DNA of 64,000 bases from Blastocladiella emersonii ATCC 22665 (GCA_025594325.1 JANHCV010000004.1:1984001-2048000), one strand, 5' to 3'. Shown: positions 43,814 to 55,698, counted from the stretch's first letter. Translations and numbers: made by a program. Notes: generated by a model not told the origin, from the sequence alone.

Positions 43814-46800
43814 TCACGCGTGCGAGAAGCGCTTCTTGACCTTCTTCCACCGCGACTCGAGCGCGCTGACCACGCTGTCCTTGCTCGCCTTGCGGTGCAG
43901 GTCGCTGCCGTCCTCGCCCGCGCCGAGCTCCGTCACGTACGGCGCGAACGAGACGTGTGGCGAGGTGGGCGGTTCCGGCCGCGACGACGACAACAGCGAT
44001 GATGACGCAGCGGGTGCTGGTGGCTGCTGCTGCTGCTGCGCGACCCGGATCGCCGACCCGTCCATCTGGCTGAGACTCGACCGACGCTGCGGCCGGTTGA
44101 TGGTGGCGCGGTGCCGCGCGCTGATGGCCGACGCGACGCCCGGCAAACACCCGGCGCGGCTCAGGTCAACCGAGTCGCGGTGCACCGTTGACGGGTAGTG
44201 GTGGTGGTGGCCGTCCTTTTGCGGCGGCGGCGGTGGCGGCGTGCCCGTGCGCACGCGTTCGCTGCTCGTCCTGCGCAGCGCGCCCAGCATGTCGGGGAGC
44301 GTACGCGAGCGGGTGACGGGCGCGGGCGGCGGCGAGGCGACGCGGCTCGGCGGGTAAGCCTGCTGTTGCTGCGGAGGCTGCGACTGCTGCTGGAACGACT
44401 GCTGGCGCGGCGGGATCGCAGCGGGCAGCGGGAGCGGCGGAGTCGGGAGCGCGTCCGTGGTGCCCGCGGCAGCCGCGCCGAACAGCGCGTGGAACTCGGC
44501 GCGCAGGGCGTCGTCCTGCTCCTGGAAGTACTTGTAGAGCAGGAAAAACTCGTTCTCGTCGGCCGCCGACAGCGGCGTGTCGTGCATGCTGTCGTAGACG
44601 CCCTTGAGGTACGCCGTGAGCGACACGTCGCCGTCGGTCAGCAGGTTGACGTGCCCCGCGAGCAGCGGCGCCAGCGACTGCAGCGTGTTGTGGGCAAACT
44701 GCCGCCGCTTCATCTTGTGCCGGTTCGCCGGCGAGTGCAGGTCCGTGTTGAGCATGATCAGCGCAATCGACAGCACGTGCGCCGTCTCGGGCGTCCACCA
44801 CCACTCGACGTACCCCGCGGGCGTCCGCGACCGCGGCAGCGACGGATGCGTCCACGGCGAGATGAGCGGCGCTGACATGGGGTCGTCGACGCGCGCGAGC
44901 GACGATGACACGACGCTCGTATCGTCGTAGTCGCGCTCGCGCTCACGGTCGCGCTGGTGCCGGTTGCGCCAGCTGAGGAACGACGAAGACGAGGACGCGG
45001 GAACGGCGGCGGTGGCGGATGGCGCAGCAGGGCCGTGCAGCGGCGACCGGCTCCGCGGGATCGACACGGACAGCGAGTGCGAGGGCGACGGGGCGCGCAC
45101 AGGTGGCACCTCGCGGTGGTAGTACGCGTCCTCGCTGGTCCCGCGCTGCTGCTGCTGCTGAGCCGCCGCGAGTGTCATGGCGGCGGCGATACGCGCGCGG
45201 TTCTGGTTGTACCACTGCCGCGCGAGCTCCTCGGCGATGCGGTAGATGACGTTGGCCTCGGACGGCAGGCGGAAGTGCATGAGCGCGGACCGCAGCGCCT
45301 GCTCAAGGTTGAGCGCGTCGAGGTGGAACAGCACAAAGTACTCGCGCAAAATGAGCCGCGAGTATACGTTGGCCTGGCCGAGCAGCCGGCCCACGCTCGT
45401 CTTGCTGAGTCCCTGCTCACTGAGCAAAAACTCGGCGACGCGGCGCGCGCATTCGGCGCGGTACCGCGCCGTGGCCTCGTCGTTGGCGCCGGCCGGCGGC
45501 GCGTCCGGGTTCGGCAGGATCCCGCGGTCAACGAGGTACTTGATGCCGTGGCCGGGCGACACATTCATCATCTTCTTGCCCTGCACCGTGTCGCGGCGCC
45601 GCTCGTACGCGACGCGCTGCGCCTCGTCGACGCGCGGGTGCGGCGAGTCCGGGAACATGGCCGCGAACGCGTCCGAGGCCGTCAGCGGCGGCGGCGTCCC
45701 GAACACGGCGGACCCGCGCTGCTGCTCCTGCAGCTGCACCTCGGCGCGCAGCGACACCTGCGACAGCTGGTGCAGCGTGCGCCGCTTCGAGCTCAGGATC
45801 TCGTTGATCTTGGCCTCGGGCTGCGTCAGCAGCTGAGACCGCGCGACCACCGTGGCGAGCTCGCGCGACGACAGCACCGACGACTGCGAGATGGTCGAGC
45901 CCACGCGGCGCAGCAGCGTCTCGTGCGAGCGCGCGATCGGGTCGGCGGCATGGGTTGGTGACGTAACCGAAGCCGAGGACCGCGACAGGAGCGGCTGCTC
46001 CTCGGCAGCCGGCGCAACCGGGGCGGGGGCGCGTTTGGGCGCCTGTGCAATCACCTCCTCGAGCGCGCGCTCGAGGTCGCGCACCTCGTCCTCGACCTGG
46101 CTGATCGTCTTCTGCAGCGCGGCGAACTGGGCGGGCGTCGTGGGCGGCTGCATTTCGTCGGCGCGACCGACAGCGGAACGCGAGGAACTCGCGGGCTCCT
46201 CGCCAATAGCCAGGGCGAGGTCGGCGAGCGCGGCCGCCGGGTCGGGCACCGGCTCCGCGGCGGGGTCCGCGCCGAAATCGGGCATCGACTCGAGGAACGC
46301 CTGCAGCTGGTAGATGCTCGACGCGGCGTGCGACGCCGGGATCGACTGCCGCTTGGGCTCGTCGCGGCGGCGCGGGACCTGGTGCACCTCGCTGCCCGCG
46401 TCGCTGCCGCTGTCCTCCTCGGGCACCGGCGTCATGAGGCGCGCGGGGACGGACCGCATGCTGCTGGCGCCGTCGTGGACCGACGTCGTGGGCGACTGCA
46501 GCTTGGGCAGGATCTCGCCGCGGCGCGACCGGCGCAGCGACGGCGTGCGGCCGCTGGCCATCGAGTACTCGCTTGACGCGAGCGACGGGGTCGGCGACAT
46601 GGGCGGCGGCGACAGCGGGCTGCGGATCATGCTGACGGTGGTCGGCGTCGGCGAGGTCACGGAAGGCGCAGCCAGCGCGGGCGCGTGGACTACGGGCTCG
46701 CGGATCTCGACCCACGACGGGACGAGGTGCCCGTGGCGCTCGCGCGGGACCGACGTCGAGGACGCTACCGTAGCTGATGTCGCGGGCGTCGACGGCTCGA

Positions 46801-49800
46801 TCGAAAGACTCGACCCTCGGCGCCGGCGGTCAGCGAGCGTCACGCGCGGCGATCCGGCGGGCGGCGAGGAGCTGGACCACGACGGCGACAGCGCAGACTC
46901 CTCCTCGGGCACGTCGGACAGCGCGACAGGCGCGAAGTGCTCAGCGGGGATCGCGGGCACCGGGACCATGTCAAACAGCGACCGCTCGAGCGGCGTCTGC
47001 GGGACGGGCGTCGCGGGGTCCGCAAACACGATTCCACCGTCCGACGACTCGTTGGTGACGACGCTGCGGACCGAGGCGGCGCGCGAGCGGGTCGAGGGCG
47101 CCGGCGCGGCCGCCGTGGTGATGAGCGGCGGCAGCGGCGGGTGCAGGTCGGGCACCGCGAGCGTGAGCCCGTCGTCGGGTGTGCCGAAAATGGCGCTGGG
47201 CGACGGCGGCGACGGGAATCCCGAAAGACTCGACGCGCCGGCGGACGGCTCGAGCGCGCGTGCGGCGGTGCCCGGCCACGCGTCGAGCGCCGGGAGCGGG
47301 GCGACGGAGTCGCGCTTGGACGGCGCGTACTCGGACGCGTACGGCGTCGCGTGCATGGCCGCGTAGTCGCCGATGACCGAGAGCGCCGAGGGGCCGCCGG
47401 GCGAGCACGTGTCGTTGAGCGAGGGCTCAGCGGCCGGTGCGACGGCCGTCACGACCTTGAGCGCCGGAGCCGCATCGGCGGGGAACGCGGCCTGCGACGC
47501 GGTCGGGGATGCGAGCGCGTCGAGAATGTCGAGCGTCGCGGACGGAACGTCCTCAGTGGAGAGTTCACGGGCGACGGCGGGCGCAGAGTCGAGCTGAGGC
47601 GACGGGGGCGTCGATTCGGCGACTGGCTCGGGCTCGGCCTCAGCGGCGACAGGCGGAGGAAGCAGATCTACGAACGGAAACGATAAGAAAAGCAGCGAGA
47701 GACAAGCAGGACAGCGTGAATCAGTCGTACCGTCGGTCGTGGAGCACGCGTTGAGCTCATCGGGAACACAGGTCGAGGTTGGCGAGTCGGGCAGCGGCGC
47801 AGTCGATGCAACGGCGACGTCGCCCTCGACTACCAACTCATCGGCCATCTTGGTGTCGACAAAGATGGAGCGGGTGGCCTCCTCGTCCCCTTCGACAACG
47901 TCAACGACGGGCAGCTCGACGAAATCAGCGGCCGGAGCCGCGTCAGCGGGCGAGTCCATCTCGACGGCCTCGTCGACGGCGTGCACGCTCGGCGACTTGG
48001 TCGCGACGTCGGCGAGCTCCGCATCGAGCGCGGCCTCGGCAAACTCGACAGCGGCGGGCGACTCGGGCAGCGGGACCTCAGCAGGAGCCGAGTCGAGTGC
48101 GAGCGCGTCGTCGATCGAGGCAGCGACTGGCGAGTCGACCGCGTCAACAGCCACGGACGACGCGGTGATCGGCGACGCAGGTTCTTCCTCGCGCGTGACG
48201 GCGATGGGAGATGCGACGGCGCCGGACTCGTCCGACTCGGCGGCAAAGTCGCGGTCAACGGGCGAAACAGAAAGCGGGACCTCGGTGGTGGCGACCGTGT
48301 CGAGCACAGCGGCATCGGGGACGGGCGATTCGACAATGGGCTCACTCAACGTCTCCGACAGCTCGACAGGTGCTGCCAGGTCTGCGGGAGCGGGCTCCTT
48401 CGCTGCCGCAGCCGCATCGTCGACGAAAAAGGACTCGGTCGGCGACTCGGGGAGCGGGCACTCGGCAGCGACAGCCGACTCCGGCTCGGCAGCCTCGAAG
48501 ACGGGAGCGACGGCCGCAGCATCGGGATCGATCATCTCCTCTGCTGGCGGGGCCGACGCGAGCGAGTCGACGGCAGCATCGTCGCCGAGGGCAGGTACGT
48601 CGGCGGCGAACTCGGACACGGTCGGCGACGCAGGGAGCGACGCAGGGAGCGGAACGTCAACAGGAACTGCGCCGTCGTTCGCACACTCAGCAAACTCGTC
48701 AGAGGAGTTGGCCGTCTCGAGCACGGGCGACGCAGGAAGTGCAGCAGCGGCCTGCGGAGCTGGTTCCGCGGCGGGCGAGGATGCGGCGTCGTCGGCGCAA
48801 AGCGCGGTGGGCTCGTCCGACTCGGCGGCGCCGTCGAGGTCGAGGCATGCCGCGGAGTCAGCGAGCGGCGTCGTGGACGGGGTGTCGACAATCGCGGCCG
48901 GTTCAGAGACGTCAGACTCGAGGGCCTCGGCCGAAACACACATGGGGAGATCACGGGCGATGACGGGCTCCATGAACGACAGCTGCGACGCGGTGGGCGA
49001 GGGCGGCAGCGGCGCCTCGAGCGCGACAGGGTCGACGGCGCACTGCTCAGGTTCGACCGACGCATCAGCGGTGGGCAGCGTGTCCTCGACCGAGGTGGCA
49101 TCGCCAGCGAGCGGCTCGCCGTCGTCGGGGACCACATCTACCGCGTCGTCGGGGTGGGCGAAGACGAGCGGTGACGCCGGGAGCGGAACCTCCTCAGCGT
49201 CAGCAGCGGGGGTCGAGGGCAGCGACGACGCGGTCGGCGACGGCGGGAGCGGGGTGTCGGCGGCGCGGTCCTCCTCGAGCGCAGGCACGGCGGCCTCGGG
49301 CGACTCGACGGGCGCAGCGACCGAGGCGGGCGAAGGTGGAAGTTCGCGGGCGGCCGCGTCAACCTCGAGGTCCTCGCCGACAATGAGCGCGGCAGCCACA
49401 ACAGGCGAGGACGGCAGCTCGAGAGCGGCCACATCGACCACGGGCGCGTCAATCACGGGCGACGTGGACCCGAACGACTCGTGCTCCTCCTCAGCAGCGG
49501 GCGCGAGGTCGAGCGGCTCGTCAGCGGGCGCAGCAACTTCGACAACGGGCGAGCACGGCAGCTCAACGGTGGCCGCGTCGACCTCGGGCGCGTCAACGAT
49601 AGGTGACGCCGACTCGGACGACTCTTGCTCGTCGTCGGCAGCAGGCGCGAAATCCAGCGATGCGTTGGCGGAGACGGCCGACATGGTCGGCGAGGGCGGG
49701 AGCTCGCAAGCAGCCGCATCGACCTCGGAGTCGTCCAGCGCGCGCGGAACCGCGTCGGGTGCGGATTCGGCAGCGGACGCGAGGTCGAGGGGCTCCTCGG

Positions 49801-52399
49801 CGAACACGGCAGCCTCGACGGGCGAGGGCGGCAGCTCGCACGCGGCCGCGCTAGACACGCCGAGCGTGCGTGTCGGCGACTTGGGCTCCTCGACGGCAGC
49901 AGGCACGAGTTCGAGCGACTCGTTGATGGGTAGCTCGAGCCCAACCGCCGACCCGGCCGGTGACGCAGGGAGTGCGATCTCGGCGGCGTTGGGCGCCTCG
50001 TCGAGCAGCGAGACGGCGACTTGCCCGGCGTCGAGCACCGTGTCGTTGGCGAGCGCGAAGGATTCCGAGGCGGCGTCGGGCGATGCGGGTAGTGGAACGT
50101 CGAGTGCGACCGAGTCGTCGAGCTCGGGAACGAGATCTGCTGCGTGCGAGTCGGCCGCGGATGACTCAGCGGAGAGCGCCCGCGTGTCGGCGCTGTCGGC
50201 CGTCTCCAACTCGACGGGTGGTTCCGCAACGTAGGGCATCTCGGCGTCGACGGGGGACTGAGGCAGCGCGAGCGCGAGGACGTCATCGAGGAGAGGAGAA
50301 GCGGGTTCGACGGGCGACGATGGAGTCGTGACGGGCGCACGGTCCACGGCGGGCACCGAGACCGAGTCGACATCGGGCTCAGACGCGACGTCGGGCAGCC
50401 CACACGCGATCGCCGAGAGCGCAGGCGACGGCGGGAGCGGGGCATCGAGCGCGACTGCGTCATCAGACACGACCTCGTCGACGGCTGGCGTGTCGGTCGA
50501 CTCGGGATCGGCAAGGACGGTGTCGTAGGTAGCGAGCACGGTCTCGTCGAGGAGAATGGGGGAGGGCGGGAGCGCGGCCTCGAGTGCGGGCGATAGGGGA
50601 AGCAAGGTTTCGAGCGCCGCCGTCTCGTCGGGGAGCGCGGCCGTCTCGTCGGGGAGCGCGGCCGTCTCGTCGGAGTGCGCGAGCTCGTCGGCGACGACCG
50701 AGTCAGCGGCTGCGAGGGTGACGGGCGACTCGGGCAGCGGCAGCTCGGCGGCGGCGGCGGTCAGCTCGGGCGACGAGGCCGCGGTCGCGGTCGCGGTCGC
50801 GGAATCGACGGGCTCCGCGGCAGCCGTTGGTTCAGGCTCTGCAGCCGGCGCGACGCTCGGCTCGCAGGTCGTGTCTGGCGCGAGGACAGAGTACGCGCAA
50901 TCCGAGTCGAGAGCGGATGCGATGGAAAGCGGCTCCGCAGAGTACTCGGCCGACACCGGCTCGGCGTCGAGTTCCCGCACAGCGGGTTCGGGTACCGGCT
51001 CGGGCTCGAGAGCTACACGCGATGAGGAGGGAGGGGTCAGCTGTGAACGAACAGCGCGTCGCCCATGAATCCACGACGTACCGCGAGGTGAAGGCAATGG
51101 GCTCTCGAGCAACGCCGTCGCAGCGGCATCGGCGCACACGGCAGCAGCAAAGTCGCTCGCGGCGGGGCTCGCCGGAAGCGGGACGGTTTCGAGAATCGAG
51201 GGCGCGTCGAGTGCGTCGGGCGCGTCGTCGCCATCGTCGGCCGCGAACTCGCCGTCGACCGACTCAGCCGGGCTCGGCGGAAGCGCGACAAGTTCGGCAG
51301 GTGCGGGAGCCGCGGCGGACATGTCGACCTCCGGCACGGTTTCAGGCTGCGGGGCCGAGTCAAACGCGAGCGCGCGCTCGGTCGCCGGTTCTGGATCGAC
51401 GACGGCGGCGGCGGCGAGGTGCGAGGCGGCGGGCGAGGCAGGGAGCGGCGTGGTCTCGGCGACATAGTCGGAATCGGCGACGCTGCTGGTCTCGGTGACG
51501 TCGTCGTCGGCGGTTGGTGACGGCGGCGAGAGCGGCGATTCCGTCGAGGGAGCGGACGCCGGTTCGGCCGCGAGCGCGGGTGATGGAGACGCTGGGCGCG
51601 AGGGAGGGAGGGCGAAGTCTGCGGCCAAGGGGGTCGAGGGGGCCGGCGTAACCTTGTCGGCGGCGGCGAGCGCCGCGACGGGCGGCGAAGGTTCGAGGAA
51701 CGAGACGGGGCGCGACGGGGGCAGCGGGATGGCGGCGGACGCGACGACCTCGTCCTCATCGAGAGCAGGAGCAGCAACGGTTTCGGGGGATGGTGGTGGG
51801 AGGAACGAGGCGAGGGCGCGGTCGAGGGCATCGCGCTGGTCGGGATCGGCCAGGACGCCGCCGGCGCGCGAGGGTTCCGCAGCGGGCGCGACGTCGGCGG
51901 CGCCAGCACCGGGGAGCGAGGCCGAGTCGGGGAAGACGGGCGTGGGCGGGGTGGGCGGCTCGTCGCCGGCGAGCAGGTCGAGGTCGAGGCCGAGGACCAT
52001 GGAGGCGCGGACCGAGAGGCTCGGGCGGTGCGCGTTGAGGGTGCGCAGGCGCGGCGGGGCGAAGCCGTCGGCGTCGTCGAGCGAGGCGGGCGGCAGGTTG
52101 GGCATGGCGGGCGGCGACGCGAGCGGGCCGGACCAGCGTTCGTCGTCGCCGCCGTCAAAGTCGTCGTCGCTCACGTCGCTGTTGGAGGCGCTGTGTCCGG
52201 GCGTGCGCCTGCGGTCCTCGGGCGGCGGCGGGACGGCGAGCAGCAGGGCGAGGTCGCGGGCGTGCCAGGCGGCCGAGGACCGGATGCGCGGCGGCGGGCG
52301 GACGCGCGCCGGGTCGGCCACGTCGTCGATCATGTCCATGACGATGGACCGGACGAGCGCGTCGACGTAGACGTCGTACGGCTGCCGTGCGGGGTCCAT
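43814..52399 (-). CDS. Giant Sec7-domain ARF guanine-nucleotide exchange factor with a long acidic/Pro-Ser repeat N-terminal region
   Basis: GIKYLVDRG, GLSKTSVGRLLG, FRLPSEANVIYRI (Glu finger), IMLNTDLHSP, preceded by a coiled coil. Probable in-frame introns at 47668-47730 and 51013-51081. Confidence 0.85.
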   Translation of the reverse strand: MDPARQPYDVYVDALVRSIVMDMIDDVADPARVRPPPRIRSSAAWHARDLALLLAVPPPPEDRRRTPGHSASNSDVSDDDFDGGDDERWSGPLASPPAMPNLPPASLDDADGFAPPRLRTLNAHRPSLSVRASMVLGLDLDLLAGDEPPTPPTPVFPDSASLPGAGAADVAPAAEPSRAGGVLADPDQRDALDRALASFLPPPSPETVAAPALDEDEVVASAAIPLPPSRPVSFLEPSPPVAALAAADKVTPAPSTPLAADFALPPSRPASPSPALAAEPASAPSTESPLSPPSPTADDDVTETSSVADSDYVAETTPLPASPAASHLAAAAVVDPEPATERALAFDSAPQPETVPEVDMSAAAPAPAELVALPPSPAESVDGEFAADDGDDAPDALDAPSILETVPLPASPAASDFAAAVCADAAATALLESPLPSPRGTSWIHGRRAVRSQLTPPSSSRVALEPEPVPEPAVRELDAEPVSAEYSAEPLSIASALDSDCAYSVLAPDTTCEPSVAPAAEPEPTAAAEPVDSATATATAASSPELTAAAAELPLPESPVTLAAADSVVADELAHSDETAALPDETAALPDETAALETLLPLSPALEAALPPSPILLDETVLATYDTVLADPESTDTPAVDEVVSDDAVALDAPLPPSPALSAIACGLPDVASEPDVDSVSVPAVDRAPVTTPSSPVEPASPLLDDVLALALPQSPVDAEMPYVAEPPVELETADSADTRALSAESSAADSHAADLVPELDDSVALDVPLPASPDAASESFALANDTVLDAGQVAVSLLDEAPNAAEIALPASPAGSAVGLELPINESLELVPAAVEEPKSPTRTLGVSSAAACELPPSPVEAAVFAEEPLDLASAAESAPDAVPRALDDSEVDAAACELPPSPTMSAVSANASLDFAPAADDEQESSESASPIVDAPEVDAATVELPCSPVVEVAAPADEPLDLAPAAEEEHESFGSTSPVIDAPVVDVAALELPSSPVVAAALIVGEDLEVDAAARELPPSPASVAAPVESPEAAVPALEEDRAADTPLPPSPTASSLPSTPAADAEEVPLPASPLVFAHPDDAVDVVPDDGEPLAGDATSVEDTLPTADASVEPEQCAVDPVALEAPLPPSPTASQLSFMEPVIARDLPMCVSAEALESDVSEPAAIVDTPSTTPLADSAACLDLDGAAESDEPTALCADDAASSPAAEPAPQAAAALPASPVLETANSSDEFAECANDGAVPVDVPLPASLPASPTVSEFAADVPALGDDAAVDSLASAPPAEEMIDPDAAAVAPVFEAAEPESAVAAECPLPESPTESFFVDDAAAAAKEPAPADLAAPVELSETLSEPIVESPVPDAAVLDTVATTEVPLSVSPVDRDFAAESDESGAVASPIAVTREEEPASPITASSVAVDAVDSPVAASIDDALALDSAPAEVPLPESPAAVEFAEAALDAELADVATKSPSVHAVDEAVEMDSPADAAPAADFVELPVVDVVEGDEEATRSIFVDTKMADELVVEGDVAVASTAPLPDSPTSTCVPDELNACSTTDGTTDSRCPACLSLLFLSFPFVDLLPPPVAAEAEPEPVAESTPPSPQLDSAPAVARELSTEDVPSATLDILDALASPTASQAAFPADAAPALKVVTAVAPAAEPSLNDTCSPGGPSALSVIGDYAAMHATPYASEYAPSKRDSVAPLPALDAWPGTAARALEPSAGASSLSGFPSPPSPSAIFGTPDDGLTLAVPDLHPPLPPLITTAAAPAPSTRSRAASVRSVVTNESSDGGIVFADPATPVPQTPLERSLFDMVPVPAIPAEHFAPVALSDVPEEESALSPSWSSSSPPAGSPRVTLADRRRRGSSLSIEPSTPATSATVASSTSVPRERHGHLVPSWVEIREPVVHAPALAAPSVTSPTPTTVSMIRSPLSPPPMSPTPSLASSEYSMASGRTPSLRRSRRGEILPKLQSPTTSVHDGASSMRSVPARLMTPVPEEDSGSDAGSEVHQVPRRRDEPKRQSIPASHAASSIYQLQAFLESMPDFGADPAAEPVPDPAAALADLALAIGEEPASSSRSAVGRADEMQPPTTPAQFAALQKTISQVEDEVRDLERALEEVIAQAPKRAPAPVAPAAEEQPLLSRSSASVTSPTHAADPIARSHETLLRRVGSTISQSSVLSSRELATVVARSQLLTQPEAKINEILSSKRRTLHQLSQVSLRAEVQLQEQQRGSAVFGTPPPLTASDAFAAMFPDSPHPRVDEAQRVAYERRRDTVQGKKMMNVSPGHGIKYLVDRGILPNPDAPPAGANDEATARYRAECARRVAEFLLSEQGLSKTSVGRLLGQANVYSRLILREYFVLFHLDALNLEQALRSALMHFRLPSEANVIYRIAEELARQWYNQNRARIAAAMTLAAAQQQQQRGTSEDAYYHREVPPVRAPSPSHSLSVSIPRSRSPLHGPAAPSATAAVPASSSSSFLSWRNRHQRDRERERDYDDTSVVSSSLARVDDPMSAPLISPWTHPSLPRSRTPAGYVEWWWTPETAHVLSIALIMLNTDLHSPANRHKMKRRQFAHNTLQSLAPLLAGHVNLLTDGDVSLTAYLKGVYDSMHDTPLSAADENEFFLLYKYFQEQDDALRAEFHALFGAAAAGTTDALPTPPLPLPAAIPPRQQSFQQQSQPPQQQQAYPPSRVASPPPAPVTRSRTLPDMLGALRRTSSERVRTGTPPPPPPQKDGHHHHYPSTVHRDSVDLSRAGCLPGVASAISARHRATINRPQRRSSLSQMDGSAIRVAQQQQQPPAPAASSSLLSSSRPEPPTSPHVSFAPYVTELGAGEDGSDLHRKASKDSVVSALESRWKKVKKRFSHA

Positions 52400-53508
52400 G
52401 GCTGGCCGTAGTTGATGCGTAGCGAGAGAGGTGGAGTGCTTGCAAGGCTTGCAGGTGACGAACGGCGAGTGGCGGCGCAGCGCGCAAGCAACGACGCAGG
52501 CGGTGCAGCAGCAGCAAGTGTGCGGGGAGGAGGCTGCACGCAGCGGCGTTGGCGTCACCAGACGGTCGCAGTCGAGATGGGTTGTCGTGAAAGTCGATGG
52601 TTGGTTGAAGGGGGGAGAGAGGAAGCAGGGCCCGAGTGCCGGTCAAGGTCGCTGCCGCCGGCGCCGGCGCCTCTCTCCGACGCCCCAGCCTCGGCGCGGC
52701 ACCACACGCGCCCGTCTGCGGCGCCACGTCGTCGTCCGGGACGATGGTGATGCGCTACGCCTCCCAGGCAGCAGCCGCGGATACATGTTGCAGGTGCCTG
52801 TCCTGCTCGTCGTGTCGAGGCCGGTGTTGAGAGGTCCGCGGCCCCGCGGGATCCTCCGCAGCGTGTGCGGGCACAAGCGCTCGAGCTGCGCCACCACATT
52901 CCTGACCTGACCGGGAACGCAGCGACGCCGGATCCATGAGCCAGCGAGCGCGATGCGGAGGAAGAGAGAGCGCGGCGCGCCAAGTCCACGACCCGAGTGG
53001 CCCATGGATCCAAGGCGCACGCCCGCACGCGCTCCGCCACAGCACACTTCTCGCCCTTCGAAAAGAGCGGAACATGACGCGGGCCGCGAGGCCGGAGCGA
53101 CGGCGGCGACGGCGCGCGTGACGCCCACGCCACACGCACGCCGGCATGAGCTCTTGCGCGAGCAAGCGCGGTTGGGAGCGGGAGCGGGCGGGAAGCGTGT
53201 CTCCTCACGCTCGCGCTTCTCGCCTTCGCTGCCGCCTTCGTGCCTTCCACGCTACGCTACGCAACGAAGCTGCACCCGCAAACCGCACGCAACGCATCAA
53301 CGCCCACTCTCCATGCACACGGCCGACGCTGCCGAGCCTCGCTGCTTACTGTGATCCGCTCTCGGGGTCGCCGCGAACACTCCAACGCGCTCTCGGCTCG
53401 CCCTCCTCACTACGCTGCCGCGGTGTGTACTCGGCGGCCTGATCACCGCCGGCCGGACCTCCTCGCCGTGTCTGATCCGCCGATACCACCACCCCGCGGT
53501 CGCCCGAT

Positions 53509-55663
53509 ATGACGCGCCCTGCCTCGGCCACGGCCGCAAACGGCGCGCCTCCACCACCGCCACCACAACAACAACACCCACCAACAACGCTGCCGCCCGC
53601 CGATATGTGCGAAGTCGTTGTCGTGTACGAGGCGACCGCGGCTTCCGCACACGCGTTCGGCGCGGCGACGCGGTCCGCCGTGCTCGACTCGCTGGCGCAC
53701 CTGCTGTCAGCCCTGCGCACCGTGCCGCGCACTTCACCTCCGCGCGCGCGGCCCGTGCGGTGCGGCGCCGTCGTCTACGGCGCGAGCGCGCCGTTCGCGC
53801 CCGCCGTCGCCTTCGAGCCGCTGTCCGACGACCTCGACGGCCTGCTCGGCGCGCTGCGTTCGCTCGACCTGCGCGGCGGCACGCTGGCGCGCAACCCGAC
53901 GTACGACGCCGTCGCGACGGCCATGGACCTGTTCTCGCGCGACTACGACCTGCTGCCGATGCACGAGGGCGGGCCGAAACCCGTCGTCGACCGGCTCATG
54001 GTCGTGGTCTCGGCCTCGCCGCCCGCCCGTGGACCCGTCCGGTGCGGGTCGGGCATGGACGGCGTCCCGCCGACCGCGCTCGCCGAGGAGATCCGCCGCC
54101 AGCGCGTCGAGGTCGTCTCGCTGTTCGCCGCCCCCGCACCGCCCGCCGGGCCGACCGAGCTCGAAAAGTTTCTGCGCCAGACGAGTAACGCGCCCGCCAT
54201 GTACCGCTTCTTCCACCGCGGCGTACTCGCCACGACGGGTGGGACCCGGATCGCGCCCTGGACCGGTACGTTTGTTGCTTCGGGTCGGTGCCGTGCTCGA
54301 GCTGACCCTCGTTCGCGTCTCTAGACACGAAGCACGTCGTCCAGTCGTCCGCGCAGCTGCCCAACACCGCTGCCGCCGTGCCAAAGGTCCCGGCCCCCGC
54401 CGTTCCTCCGCCCACCATCACCTCGCCACGCCTCGGCGCCGTGCCGCCCGCACGACCGCCATCCTCCTCCTCCCACCAACCATCTGGCCCAACACCCATG
54501 GACGTGGACCCGCCCGCGCCGCCACCTCCACCACCACAGCAGCAGCCACAGCCGCCGCACCTGGTCCGCGGCACCCTGCCGCCGCCGCCCGTCCTCGTGC
54601 AGCAGCCCTCTCCGACGACGCTGCAGCCGGCCCCGCCACCACAAATACCGGCATCGTCCTCGCTCCCGCCCGCGTCGTCGCCCGCCGGCAGTCTGCCCCC
54701 GGGCACGCCGAACCTGCCGGGGCAGTCCCTGTTGCAGCACCACCTCGGTCAGCCGCAGCAGTACGGACTGGGCTCGCCGGGCATGTCGGCCGCCGCCGCG
54801 CGGCCCGTGTCGACCGCGAGCCCCGCTGCCGCGCCCGCACCAACGCTCAACGGGATGGGTCCTGCGCCGACGACCACCATGTACCCAATGTCCCCGCCGC
54901 TCCCGCCGCCGCCGCAGCTGATCGCGCCCGCCGCTACCTCGGCTCCCCCACCCTCCTCTTCCTCGGCGACCCCGACTCCACCCGCCGCCGGCGGCGGCAG
55001 CGCGCCTCCCCCGCCGTCGCCCGCAACCGCCGCCATGATCGCGCGCCTGCAGCGCAACCCGGCGACCGCGGTGCTGGCGCGGTTCCCCGAACTCTTCTCG
55101 CACCCGGAGTGGGACATGGTGGTCCTGCTCGCGGAGCGCGCGCCCGACGTCGCCGAGCTGCTCGCCAAGATCCCGACCAAGATCCCGCAGGTCCTCAACA
55201 ACCAGACCGCCATGGCCAAGCTGCGCGAGCGCGTGCGGAATATGCATCTGCAGCAGCAGGCCGCGGCCGCGGCAGCGGCACAGCAACAAGCGGCAGCGCG
55301 GGCGCAGGGGAGCGGCGCCGGAGGGAGTGTTCCGAACAGCAGCGCGTCGCCGATGCCGCCGCCGCCGCCCATGCTCGCGGTCTCGCAGCCACAGCCCGTG
55401 CTCTCGGCCATGCAGGCGACGCAGCAGCAGCTCCTGCAGAAGGCGCAGAACCCCGCGGGCACCGCGAACCCGGTTCTCCTCACCTCGCCCTACACGGCCG
55501 TCCAGCCGCCCAACGCCGAGATCCTGCGCGCGCTCAAGGACCAGGAGACGATGCGGCAGCAGCAGGTCCAGGCCCAGCAGCAGGCGCAGGCGCAGGCGCA
55601 GGCGCAGATGCAGGCCCAGCAGGCGCAGATCCAGCAGGCGCAGCAGGCCATGCTCCGCCAACA

Positions 55664-55698
<35 letters not shown>

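Noticed and set aside
52400-52558. ORF-track start for the Sec7 gene (MTPTP...CCCC)
   Set aside because: The alternative start codon gives UTR-like Cys-rich text; the ATG at 52399 (MDPARQPY) is more plausible.
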